From an uncultured Candidatus Saccharibacteria bacterium (GTDB lineage: Bacteria > Patescibacteriota > Minisyncoccia > UBA6257 > Colwellbacteraceae): DNA of 59,335 bases. The notes beneath the pieces are model-generated. The model saw only the letters and a program-made list of their open reading frames with translations. It was not told the origin of the DNA and searched no databases. Positions 43,406-52,082 of the stretch are shown here, piece after piece (positions within the stretch are counted from its first letter, which is position 1; every line of letters starts with the position of its first letter). Location of the stretch: NCBI GenBank assembly GCA_964643135.1, contig CAZXPC010000005.1:1-59335 (forward strand). Direction: 5' to 3'. The position numbers and the translations under genes were made by a program.

Positions 43406-44782
43406 ATGGCAGATTCAAAAGATTTAAAAGTTCCGCCGCAGGACTTGGAGGCCGAGCAATCGGTTTTGGGTTCCTTGATGATCGATAAAGAAGCGATTTT
43501 TGCGGTGGGCGATTTACTAACGCCGGCTGAGTTCTATAAAAAAGCGCACGCGATTATCTACGAAGCGATTTTGAAGCTGTGGGGCCGGCACGAACCGATC
43601 GATATTTTGAGCGTCACAGCCGAACTTAAAAAAGCGGATGCCCTGCAGAGCGTCGGCGGCTCAAGCTACCTCGCGGAGCTGATCAATTCGGTGCCGACCT
43701 CGTCCCACGTGGCTCACTACGCTAAGATTGTTAAAGAGAAAAGAATTTTGCGTGAGCTGATCAACGCTTCGGCTGAAATAACCGAGAGCGCTTTTAGCGC
43801 CCGTGAAGACTTGGAGGATATGCTCGACAATATCGAACGCCGCGTCTTTTCGATCTCGCAAAAATCGATCGCCAAGAATTTCGTGCCGGTCAAAGATGAG
43901 CTGAAGCTGGCCTATGAAAGAATCGAGAAGCTGCAGCAAGGCGAAGGCGGCCGGCTGCGGGGCATTGCGACCGGTTTCCACGCGCTCGATAATATTTTGT
44001 CCGGCCTTCAGAAGTCAGACCTCATAATTATCGGCGCTCGGCCTTCATACGGCAAAACGACGTTCGCGCTTGATATCGCCCGCAATGCGGCGGTGCATTT
44101 AAAAGAACCAGTTGGTTTTTTCTCGCTTGAAATGAGCCGTGAACAAGTCGTCGACAGGCTGATTGCGTCGGAGGCGCAGGTTGATTTATGGAAACTCCGC
44201 ACGGGCCGGCTGAAGGACGAAAATGAGTTTAATATGATCCAATCGACTTTTGACAGGCTAAATATCGCGCCGTTTTTTATTGACGATACGGCTTCGCCCA
44301 ATATTGTGCAGATGCGTTCGATGGCGAGGCGTTTGCAAGCCGAGCAAGGCAGATTGGGGCTGATTGTCGTCGACTATTTGCAGTTGATCCAGCCCCGAAC
44401 CGGCTCGGACAACACGGTAACGCAGGTTACAGAAATTTCCAGGGGGTTGAAAGGAATAGCGAGGGAACTTAATGTACCGATCATCGCCTTGTCGCAGCTC
44501 TCCCGAGGAGTTGAGCAGAGAGATAATAAGACGCCGAGACTTTCGGACTTGCGAGAATCAGGCTCGATCGAGCAAGACGCCGATGTGGTTATATTCATTC
44601 ACCCGAAGAACCGCGAGAATCAACATTTGCCGCCGGAAGAGCAGAACCAGGTTGATATTATTGTAGCTAAGCACCGCAACGGCCCGCTCGGCACGGTTAC
44701 GCTCTACTTCAATAAAGAAAAAGTTAATTTCCAAAATATCGACCGGTCACGCATGAATTCGAATGATATTCAGTCCGGCTAA
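43406..44782 (+). CDS. dnaB: replicative DNA helicase
   Basis: PPQDLEAEQSVLGS, Walker A GARPSYGKT, LSQLSR. Confidence 0.96.
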   Translation: MADSKDLKVPPQDLEAEQSVLGSLMIDKEAIFAVGDLLTPAEFYKKAHAIIYEAILKLWGRHEPIDILSVTAELKKADALQSVGGSSYLAELINSVPTSSHVAHYAKIVKEKRILRELINASAEITESAFSAREDLEDMLDNIERRVFSISQKSIAKNFVPVKDELKLAYERIEKLQQGEGGRLRGIATGFHALDNILSGLQKSDLIIIGARPSYGKTTFALDIARNAAVHLKEPVGFFSLEMSREQVVDRLIASEAQVDLWKLRTGRLKDENEFNMIQSTFDRLNIAPFFIDDTASPNIVQMRSMARRLQAEQGRLGLIVVDYLQLIQPRTGSDNTVTQVTEISRGLKGIARELNVPIIALSQLSRGVEQRDNKTPRLSDLRESGSIEQDADVVIFIHPKNRENQHLPPEEQNQVDIIVAKHRNGPLGTVTLYFNKEKVNFQNIDRSRMNSNDIQSG

Positions 44783-44795
44783 AAACTTAGTTCCT

Positions 44796-45410
44796 ATGAA
44801 AATTCCAGAACATATTAGGAAATTCGCCGATATTTTTTCGAAGTTGCCCGGTGTCGGGCCGCGGCAGGCGATTCGGCTGGCTTTTTACTATGTCTATAAA
44901 GGCGGCGGCTTGGCGGATGAAACGATTCGGGCCCTGGAAGATATCAAAAAAATAAAGATCTGCAAGAATTGTTTCTATATCTATGATTCTTCTTTGAAAA
45001 ATTCTGACGGCCTCTGCGATATTTGCCGTGATTCGAAACGCAATATGAAACTGATCGCGATTGTGGAAAAGGAGACTGATTTAATCTCGATTGAGAATAC
45101 CCGGAAATATAACGGGCGATATTTGATTTTGGGCGACTTGCGCAAAAAGGGAGTCCTGGAGCCGGATCAAAAACTGAAATTAGAAAATTTAAAAGATTTT
45201 ATTAAACGGTTGGACGGAGGCAAGGCGGAAGAAATAATAATCGCAGTCAATCCGACTTCTGTGGGTCTCATCAACGCCAAAGTCATTGCTGACGAGATGA
45301 AATCATACGCCAACAAAATTACCAGGCTTGGGATCGGCATTCCATCGGGGGGCGAAATAGAATTTGCCGACGAAGATACCCTAGGAGAAGCCTTGGAAGG
45401 AAGAAAGTAA
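44796..45410 (+). CDS. recR: recombination protein RecR
   Basis: LPGVGPRQA HhH, C4 zinc finger, Toprim; start at the internal ATG. Confidence 0.93.
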   Translation: MKIPEHIRKFADIFSKLPGVGPRQAIRLAFYYVYKGGGLADETIRALEDIKKIKICKNCFYIYDSSLKNSDGLCDICRDSKRNMKLIAIVEKETDLISIENTRKYNGRYLILGDLRKKGVLEPDQKLKLENLKDFIKRLDGGKAEEIIIAVNPTSVGLINAKVIADEMKSYANKITRLGIGIPSGGEIEFADEDTLGEALEGRK

Positions 45411-45470
45411 GGAAGAAAGTAGATAAAAAGACCGCCTTGGTCAATAGACATGGGGCGGGAGATAGCGGCT

Positions 45471-45878
45471 TCAGCTTGGCGGCCCGACGGTGGTCTCCGG
45501 CGGCCAATCCAGTTCACCGCGAGCCAGACTCTCGAGAAGCTCTTTGCGAGGTTCAGCGAGCTTTTTCCGGAGCTCGTCGAGTCTCTCCTGTTTGGCCCTA
45601 CAGATGTGTTCCGTGGGGTTCGTGCCGAATCCCGGTTTGGCAAGGAGATACTTGAGACACTCGGGGCATTGCTTCGCTTTCCTGGCTTGAATGCTCTTCA
45701 CTGCTCCGCAATCCTCCATGGCGCAGATCGCGAGCGTGATCACGTTGCCGTCGGCCTGGCGAATGACGTGCACTGAGTGAGGGCTGAGGCCCGGGCATTT
45801 CCCGACGCATTCGAAGAGGTTCTGAAGGTCCTCCGGCAGTTCGCTCACGAGTTCGTCGAGCTGTTCGTCATCGGGCAT
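45471..45878 (-). CDS. hypothetical 135-aa Cys-containing protein (GC-rich block K)
   Basis: ATG 45878 preceded by AGGAGA and TTGACG-17-TATAAA; the track ORF extension upstream crosses the promoter. Confidence 0.55.
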   Translation of the reverse strand: MPDDEQLDELVSELPEDLQNLFECVGKCPGLSPHSVHVIRQADGNVITLAICAMEDCGAVKSIQARKAKQCPECLKYLLAKPGFGTNPTEHICRAKQERLDELRKKLAEPRKELLESLARGELDWPPETTVGPPS

Positions 45879-45891
45879 AGGTCTCCTGGTC

Positions 45892-45932
45892 TTTATATAG
45901 TAGCGATTAGACTTCGTCAAATTTGGTATAAT
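45892..45932. promoter_or_regulatory. back-to-back divergent promoters
   Basis: minus strand: TTGACG (45915-45920) and TATAAA (45892-45897); plus strand: extended -10 TGGTATAAT (45924-45932). Confidence 0.6.
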
Positions 45933-45948
45933 TGGCAGGAGGTGACAA

Positions 45949-46152
45949 ATGCACGGCAAAGGAATTAGCAGCGTAATCGCCAGTCTTGGCGAAGAGTTTG
46001 ACGCAGGAGCTCGAGAATCAGTCCAGATCGAGATCGTCAGCAACGAGCCTAAGGCCTTGCCCACATGCCTCGAATGCGGGCGTGACCTTGTCCTTCTAGG
46101 CGGGCGGCTGGCCTGTCTCCGGAGAAAAGGAGGCTGCGGCTTCCGCGGCTAG
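45949..46152 (+). CDS. 67-aa zinc-ribbon-like protein (GC-rich block K)
   Basis: perfect SD AGGAGG 6 nt upstream of the ATG; CLEC..x15..C..x7..C pattern. Confidence 0.6.
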   Translation: MHGKGISSVIASLGEEFDAGARESVQIEIVSNEPKALPTCLECGRDLVLLGGRLACLRRKGGCGFRG

Positions 46153-46194
46153 CGGCGTCTGTCGGCACTTTGGTCCGGACGCCGCCTTTTATTT
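46152..46194 (+). terminator. intrinsic terminator
   Basis: GCGGCGTC..GACGCCGC followed by CTTTTATTT. Confidence 0.8.
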
Positions 46195-46278
46195 AAGGGG
46201 CCAGATCGATTATAATTGTAAGTCCTATTGACAGTTGCTCATGGATCAATTATTTTAATCGCGGAAAAACACAAAAGC

Positions 46279-46782
46279 ATGGAAGACAATATTAAAAAAG
46301 ACGACAACACAATCGCATCCGAGCCGACCGAGCTCGAGAAGCTCAAGGCCGAACGAGATGAATACCTGAACGGCTGGAAACGCGCCAAGGCCGATTTGCT
46401 GAATTATCAGAAAGACGAGTCGAAACGGTTCGAAGAGATGGCTAAGTTCGCGACCGAAGATATTTTGAAAGAGATAATTTCGGTTATTGATCACCTGACT
46501 CTGGCTTTCGGTTCGATCGAGAAGTCAGGCGGCCAAGTTGATCAAGGATTGCTCTTGATAAAAAATCAGCTTTTCGACGTCATAAAGAAGCGCGGTATTA
46601 GGAAAATTGAAATACGGCCGGGCGAAGAATATAATCCGATGTACCACGAAGCGATCGAAATGGTAGAACCGGGCAGCGGCCAGCCGAATCTGAAATCGGG
46701 CACGATCGCCGAAGAAGTTGAGCCGGGCTATGCACTGCATAATTATGTGTTGAAGCCGGCCCGAGTTAAGGTAGTAGCTTAA
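46279..46782 (+). CDS. grpE: nucleotide exchange factor GrpE
   Basis: start at the internal ATG; RAKADLLNYQKD, GYALHNYVLKPARV. Confidence 0.93.
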   Translation: MEDNIKKDDNTIASEPTELEKLKAERDEYLNGWKRAKADLLNYQKDESKRFEEMAKFATEDILKEIISVIDHLTLAFGSIEKSGGQVDQGLLLIKNQLFDVIKKRGIRKIEIRPGEEYNPMYHEAIEMVEPGSGQPNLKSGTIAEEVEPGYALHNYVLKPARVKVVA

Positions 46783-46816
46783 AGTCGTTCAATAAGTAAA
46801 AATCAATAACAAAACT

Positions 46817-48709
46817 ATGGCAAAAATAATTGGAATCGATTTGGGTACGACAAACTCAGCGGTCGCAATCGTTGAGGGCGGGGCGCCGAAGATATTGGAG
46901 AACGCCGAAGGCAACCGCACGACTCCTTCAATCGTTTCGGTTTCAAAGACCAACGAGCGGCTGGTCGGCTTGCTGGCCAAACGCCAGGGCGTGACCAATC
47001 CTAAAAATACTATTTTCTCGGTTAAGCGCTTGATCGGACGAAAGTTTTCCGACGCGACCGTTCAGAACGACAAAAAATATGTGCCTTACGAAATCAAGGA
47101 GTCTTCCGACGGCGGCGTTGAAGTCAAAATGGGCGACGGCTGGTACAAGCCGGAGCAGATTTCAGCCATGGTTTTGGGCAAGCTTAAAGCCGACGCCGAG
47201 GCCAGAGTCGGAGAAAAGATTAGCGATGTCGTGATTACCGTCCCGGCTTATTTTGACGACTCCCAAAGGCAGGCCACCAAGAACGCCGGCGAGATTGCCG
47301 GGTTTAATGTACGCCGAATTATTAACGAACCGACCGCGGCCGCTTTGGCTTACGGATTGAACCGGCAGAAAAACGAGAAGATTGTGGTTTATGACTTCGG
47401 CGGCGGAACTTTTGATATTTCTGTTTTGGAAATTGCCGAAGACACGATCGAAGTGCGCGCGACCGGCGGCGATACCCATCTGGGCGGCGATGATTTCGAT
47501 AAAAAGATAATTGAATACCTTCTAGTTGAGTACAAGAAGCAGGAGGGAATTGATATTTCGAAAGACGCGCTGGCGATTCAGAGGCTTAAGGAAGCGGCTG
47601 AGCGCGTTAAGCACGAGCTCTCGACTTCGCTCGAATCAGAAGTTAATTTGCCGTACATTACTTCGACTGCCGAAGGTCCGAAACACTTTGTGATGAAGAT
47701 GACGCGCGCCAAGTTGGAAGAGCTGGTCCGTGAATATATTGACCGCTCGATCAAGCTCGTCAACGAAACTGTTACCGCTCCGGCTCCGAAGGGCGCGGGC
47801 ATGAAGATATCCGACATCAATGAGATTGTTATGGTCGGCGGGCAGACCAGAATGCCGGCAATGCAGGAAGCGGTCAAGAAACTCTTCGGCAAAGAACCGC
47901 ACTTGGGAATCAACCCCGACGAAGTAGTAGCCGTGGGAGCCGCGATTCAAGGCGAAATTTTAGCTGCCAAAGACGAAGGCCGCCGCCCGTCGGGCGAAGT
48001 GAAGGATATTTTGCTCCTGGACGTTACGCCGCTTTCGGTTGGTATCGAAACATTGGGCGGGGTATTTACGCGCCTCATCGATAAGAACACGACTGTTCCG
48101 ACTTCGAAGAGCCAAGTTTTTTCGACTGCGGCCGACAACCAAACTTCGGTTGAAATACATATTTTGCAGGGCGAACGCGAGATGGCCTCCGGCAATAAAA
48201 CGCTGGGCAAGTTTATCTTGGACGGAATTCCGCCGTCTCCGCGCGGCATGCCGCAGGTAGAAGTAACTTTTGATATCGACGCCAACGGAATTTTGAATGT
48301 GAAAGCGCTGGATAAGGCGAGCGGTAAAACGCAATCGGTCCGCATTGAGGCTTCAACCTCCTTAAGTAAAGAGGAAGTGGAGCGTCTTAAGAATGAGGCG
48401 GCTAAGTATGCCGAGGAAGATAAGACTAAGAAAGATTTGATTGAAGCCAAGAATAAAGCGGAAAATTTGATCTATACTTCGGAGAAGGCCTTGAAAGATG
48501 CCGGGGACAAAGTCCCGGTCGAGATTAAAACCGAGATAAATGGTAAAATTGAGGAGTTGAAAAAAGCGATCGCGTCTGACGTAAAGTCGGCGATCGAAGG
48601 AGCCACCGACGCGCTTTCCGCGGCCATCCAGAAAATAGGAGAAGCCATGAGCAAGGGCGCCGAGAATAAGACCGAAGAGGGCAATACTGAAGAGCCGGAG
48701 AATAAATAA
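46817..48709 (+). CDS. dnaK: molecular chaperone DnaK
   Basis: 630 aa; [18 protein letters not shown], full Hsp70 layout. Confidence 0.98.
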   Translation: MAKIIGIDLGTTNSAVAIVEGGAPKILENAEGNRTTPSIVSVSKTNERLVGLLAKRQGVTNPKNTIFSVKRLIGRKFSDATVQNDKKYVPYEIKESSDGGVEVKMGDGWYKPEQISAMVLGKLKADAEARVGEKISDVVITVPAYFDDSQRQATKNAGEIAGFNVRRIINEPTAAALAYGLNRQKNEKIVVYDFGGGTFDISVLEIAEDTIEVRATGGDTHLGGDDFDKKIIEYLLVEYKKQEGIDISKDALAIQRLKEAAERVKHELSTSLESEVNLPYITSTAEGPKHFVMKMTRAKLEELVREYIDRSIKLVNETVTAPAPKGAGMKISDINEIVMVGGQTRMPAMQEAVKKLFGKEPHLGINPDEVVAVGAAIQGEILAAKDEGRRPSGEVKDILLLDVTPLSVGIETLGGVFTRLIDKNTTVPTSKSQVFSTAADNQTSVEIHILQGEREMASGNKTLGKFILDGIPPSPRGMPQVEVTFDIDANGILNVKALDKASGKTQSVRIEASTSLSKEEVERLKNEAAKYAEEDKTKKDLIEAKNKAENLIYTSEKALKDAGDKVPVEIKTEINGKIEELKKAIASDVKSAIEGATDALSAAIQKIGEAMSKGAENKTEEGNTEEPENK

Positions 48710-48716
48710 CATTTAA

Positions 48717-49661
48717 ATGGCAGACAATAATATATTGCTTAATAGAACTGAGGCGGTCTCGGATGTCGATGTTTCAATTGTTAAATTGTTTTCTTTTGTC
48801 GCGGTGTCGGCTTTGTCTGCGCTCGCGGCCGGCTATTATATCGCCACAGCTGTAACCCCATCGGGCATACTTATGGGGTTGATCACGATTTCTTTGTTCT
48901 GCGTTTTATTTGCTCTGCAGTCTTTTTTCATAAAAAGCCGGTGGCGGGGGTTAGTTGCGACAGCGATTGAATCTTTGGCGATGATGATGCCGATACTGGC
49001 TATATTTAAGGACAATCTTTCTCTATATTTCTTGCTGGCCTATGCCGTCCTCGTCATCATACTTTTTTACGGTTATGACTCCGGACGCCACGTGCTTCAA
49101 GAATCGCTTAAGATCCCTTTCTGGAGAACTTGTCACCACGTTCTGGCTAAAGCGATACCGGCTGTGCTTATCTTTGTGTTTATTGTTTACGCCTTTATCG
49201 CCAACAAGACCGTTGCCGCGGAGAACGCCAACCTCCTCTACGAGCACACCATTGTCCCGATAGCCAGAACGAGCATTTCTGATTTCAATTCTGGCATGTC
49301 GGCTGATGATGCGTTGGGCAGAATCGCTGATAAGCAGGGCATTACCGAGCCCCAGAAAAGCGCCTCGGTTGCTAACGTCGATAAATTGATCAGTTCATAT
49401 GACTTTAAAACCAACGAGCCTATTGGAACGGCCATCTATGATTTCTTTGTTGTGAAATTGCAGAGTCCTAACTTTTTGGTCAAGTTCTATTTCGCGTTTA
49501 TTTTGATCGCCCTAATCTGGTTCGTGGTAAAATCCATCGCCTTAATCCTTTATATTCCTCTCGAAGCTTTCGCATTAATACTTTATGAGATCTTGATCGC
49601 TACGAATTTTATTGCCATTCAGTACGAATCAAGGAGCAAGGAGATCATCCTCCTTAAATAG
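48717..49661 (+). CDS. 314-aa multi-TM membrane protein between dnaK and dnaJ
   Basis: at least 6 hydrophobic segments; backbone-like GC. Confidence 0.65.
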   Translation: MADNNILLNRTEAVSDVDVSIVKLFSFVAVSALSALAAGYYIATAVTPSGILMGLITISLFCVLFALQSFFIKSRWRGLVATAIESLAMMMPILAIFKDNLSLYFLLAYAVLVIILFYGYDSGRHVLQESLKIPFWRTCHHVLAKAIPAVLIFVFIVYAFIANKTVAAENANLLYEHTIVPIARTSISDFNSGMSADDALGRIADKQGITEPQKSASVANVDKLISSYDFKTNEPIGTAIYDFFVVKLQSPNFLVKFYFAFILIALIWFVVKSIALILYIPLEAFALILYEILIATNFIAIQYESRSKEIILLK

Positions 49662-49687
49662 GAGTCGAGACAATCAAAAATTAGAAG

Positions 49688-50803
49688 ATGAGCGAAGATT
49701 TTTACAAGGTTTTGGGCGTCGGCAAGTCAGCTTCGGCTGATGAGATTAAGGCGGCTTATCGAAAGCTGGCGCACAAATATCACCCGGACAAATCGGGCGG
49801 CGACGAAAAGAAGTTTAAAGAAATAAATGAGGCCTATCAGGTTCTTTCTAATACTGAAAAGCGCGCTCAATATGATCGGTTCGGCAAGAATTTTGCCGGC
49901 TTCAACGCCGGGGCGGGAGCGAACGCCGGGCAAGGCTTCGGCGGTTTTGGCGGATTCGACCAGTCTGGTTTCGGCGGCGATTGGAATATGAATTTTGGCG
50001 GCCAAGACATGGGAGACCTGCAGGACATTCTGGAATCAATGTTTGGTATGAGCGGCGGGGGCGCGGGCCGGACTCGCCGGCGCACGTATAAACGAGGCGG
50101 CGATTTGGAGATGAAAGTTGATGTCACTCTTGAGGAGGCTAAGTCAGGCAAAAAGATAGAGACCAAGTTCGAAACATTTATCCAATGCGGCGTCTGTCAC
50201 GGCGTAGGTTATGACGAGAAAGCGGGCATGGATGAGTGTTCACAATGCAACGGCCGAGGGGAAATCAAGGAGGAACGCCGGAGCTTCTTCGGAAATTTTT
50301 CGCAGATTGTAACCTGCAAGAAATGCAACGGTGTCGGCAAGATCCCCAGAAAACAATGCGCAACCTGCAAAGGCGCAGGCCGAGTCCACGGGGAGCGCGG
50401 CATTGTAATTGAAGTCCGCCCGGGCGTGGAAGACGGGCAGATAATCAAAATTAAGGGCATGGGAGAGGCGGGCGAACACGCTATGGAGGCGGGGGATTTA
50501 TATGTGCGAGTCCACGTGAAGCCGAATTCGCACTTTGAAAGAAAGGGCAGTGATATTTACATTAATGTGCCGGTCAGCTTAACTGACGCGGCCTTAGGTC
50601 GCCGCAAAGAAGTTAAAAATCTTGGCGGTAAAATAATCCATTTTGAAATTCCACCCGGCTTTGATCTGCGCGACGACTTGCGCATCAAGGGCGAAGGCAT
50701 GACTAGCTCGGGCGATCTAGTCTTGCGATTCGAAATCAAGACGCCTAAAAACCTGAGCGCCAAAGCCAAGCACCTGCTTGAGGATTTGGAGAAAGAGTTG
50801 TAA
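49688..50803 (+). CDS. dnaJ: molecular chaperone DnaJ
   Basis: J domain HPD, G/F region, four CxxCxGxG repeats. Confidence 0.97.
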   Translation: MSEDFYKVLGVGKSASADEIKAAYRKLAHKYHPDKSGGDEKKFKEINEAYQVLSNTEKRAQYDRFGKNFAGFNAGAGANAGQGFGGFGGFDQSGFGGDWNMNFGGQDMGDLQDILESMFGMSGGGAGRTRRRTYKRGGDLEMKVDVTLEEAKSGKKIETKFETFIQCGVCHGVGYDEKAGMDECSQCNGRGEIKEERRSFFGNFSQIVTCKKCNGVGKIPRKQCATCKGAGRVHGERGIVIEVRPGVEDGQIIKIKGMGEAGEHAMEAGDLYVRVHVKPNSHFERKGSDIYINVPVSLTDAALGRRKEVKNLGGKIIHFEIPPGFDLRDDLRIKGEGMTSSGDLVLRFEIKTPKNLSAKAKHLLEDLEKEL

Positions 50804-50807
50804 CTTG

Positions 50808-50878
50808 TGCCTTCACATGGAATCGAACCATGGTCAAGTGCTTAAAAGGCACCTGCTCTACCATTGAGCTATGAAGGC
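50808..50878 (-). tRNA. tRNA-Lys (anticodon UUU)
   Basis: hand-folded: acceptor GCCTTCA/TGAAGGC, anticodon loop CTTTTAA, T-arm CATGG-TTCGATT-CCATG, no encoded CCA. Confidence 0.9.
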
Positions 50879-50936
50879 GATAGACACTTATTTAACAATA
50901 TTTCGAAAAAATAATCTACCCCTCGTCATTTTTAGA

Positions 50937-50975
50937 ATAAAAAAAGAGGGCGGGTCCTTTTGATTGGACCTGCCC
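50937..50975 (-). terminator. intrinsic terminator of the block L gene
   Basis: minus strand: GGGCAGGTCC..GGACCCGCCC followed by TCTTTTTT. Confidence 0.75.
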
Positions 50976-51006
50976 AGATCTCGAGGTCGGACCTCGAGGG
51001 ATCGCT

Positions 51007-51969
51007 TCAGGTTCGAGAAGCGATGAACTCGCGATGCCTCTTGTCCGATTCGCTGGCCGCGTTGATGAGGCCAAGCGCCGAGTTCAGAAGCTTGAGGGTT
51101 TCCAGAGTGCTATCCCGGCTCCCTCCGTTCTTGGCCTTGGCTTCATTGAATTTTCCACGAGCTTCGGAAAGCAGCTTCTCGGCCCGTTGCGACGGGTGCG
51201 GCGATGCTCTGACGGTCTCTTCGCCCTTTTCGAGCAATTCGGGGATCGTGTCGAGATCCTCGGCGATCTTCTTTTTCGCCTCAGCTACTTCATGGATGTC
51301 CGATTGAGCCTTCTTCTCGACTGAGTCCAGCCAATCGTTCACGCCCTTCAAGCTGGCCGCGACTTCGATCCAATCCACGTTGGACGGTTCATCCTGAAGA
51401 CGGCCTTCCACTTGGATGTAGAACTCCGTCTGTTCAGCGAATCGGCGCTTAACATCGTAGGAGACGTCCGCATGATTCACCGTTTCCCGAAGGGCGGTGA
51501 TCCGCACGGCGGTTGTCCCGAAGAGCTTGGGAGCATTGGTCCGAGCTTCTCGGAATCTCGTCGGCAAACTCAAGCTTTCACTGAGGCGGGTCAGCACTGT
51601 GAAAGCATGGCCATAGCTCCTATCAATGTTGCGTTGCAGATCGTAGAGCTCGCGCCGGTGGATTGCTCTTTCATATCTTTCGATCGATTCTTCCCAGGCC
51701 TTGTAGCTAGGGCAGGCGCTCGAGAGGATACGGTGTTCTATTTCGTACCAGCGGTATTGGGAGAGTTCGGGCCTCAACGTTTCCAGGATGTCTTTTGCCT
51801 GTGGGTAGAGCGCCCTGATCTCGGCGACCGTGGCTTTGAACGGTTGGAGCCAGGATCGGGCAGCGGCCCGCTCCTTTCTTGCCGCACGAACGTTCAGCGT
51901 GATCTTGATCGCGATCATCGCCGCGATGACAGTCGCGATGCCTGCAATGATGAATCCGAGTAGGTCCAT
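51007..51969 (-). CDS. hypothetical 320-aa protein, N-terminal TM plus long helical/coiled-coil region (GC-rich block L)
   Basis: start at the internal ATG (MDLLGFIIAGIATVIAAMIAI..) preceded by AAGGAAG. Confidence 0.6.
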   Translation of the reverse strand: MDLLGFIIAGIATVIAAMIAIKITLNVRAARKERAAARSWLQPFKATVAEIRALYPQAKDILETLRPELSQYRWYEIEHRILSSACPSYKAWEESIERYERAIHRRELYDLQRNIDRSYGHAFTVLTRLSESLSLPTRFREARTNAPKLFGTTAVRITALRETVNHADVSYDVKRRFAEQTEFYIQVEGRLQDEPSNVDWIEVAASLKGVNDWLDSVEKKAQSDIHEVAEAKKKIAEDLDTIPELLEKGEETVRASPHPSQRAEKLLSEARGKFNEAKAKNGGSRDSTLETLKLLNSALGLINAASESDKRHREFIASRT

Positions 51970-52082
51970 TTTGACACTTCCTTGTGGGGTACTGCTACAG
52001 ATGAAATACAAGCATAGGATAAGCCGAGCGTCAACTTTGATTTTTATAGGACATAGTGTAAACTTTCTTCCATATTGTTTTT

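Noticed and set aside
51412-51963. 183-aa + strand ORF (and 115/96/116-aa ORFs) antisense to the block L gene
   Set aside because: Shadow frames of a GC-rich gene. The minus-strand gene has an SD-like motif, a TM start and a strong terminator.
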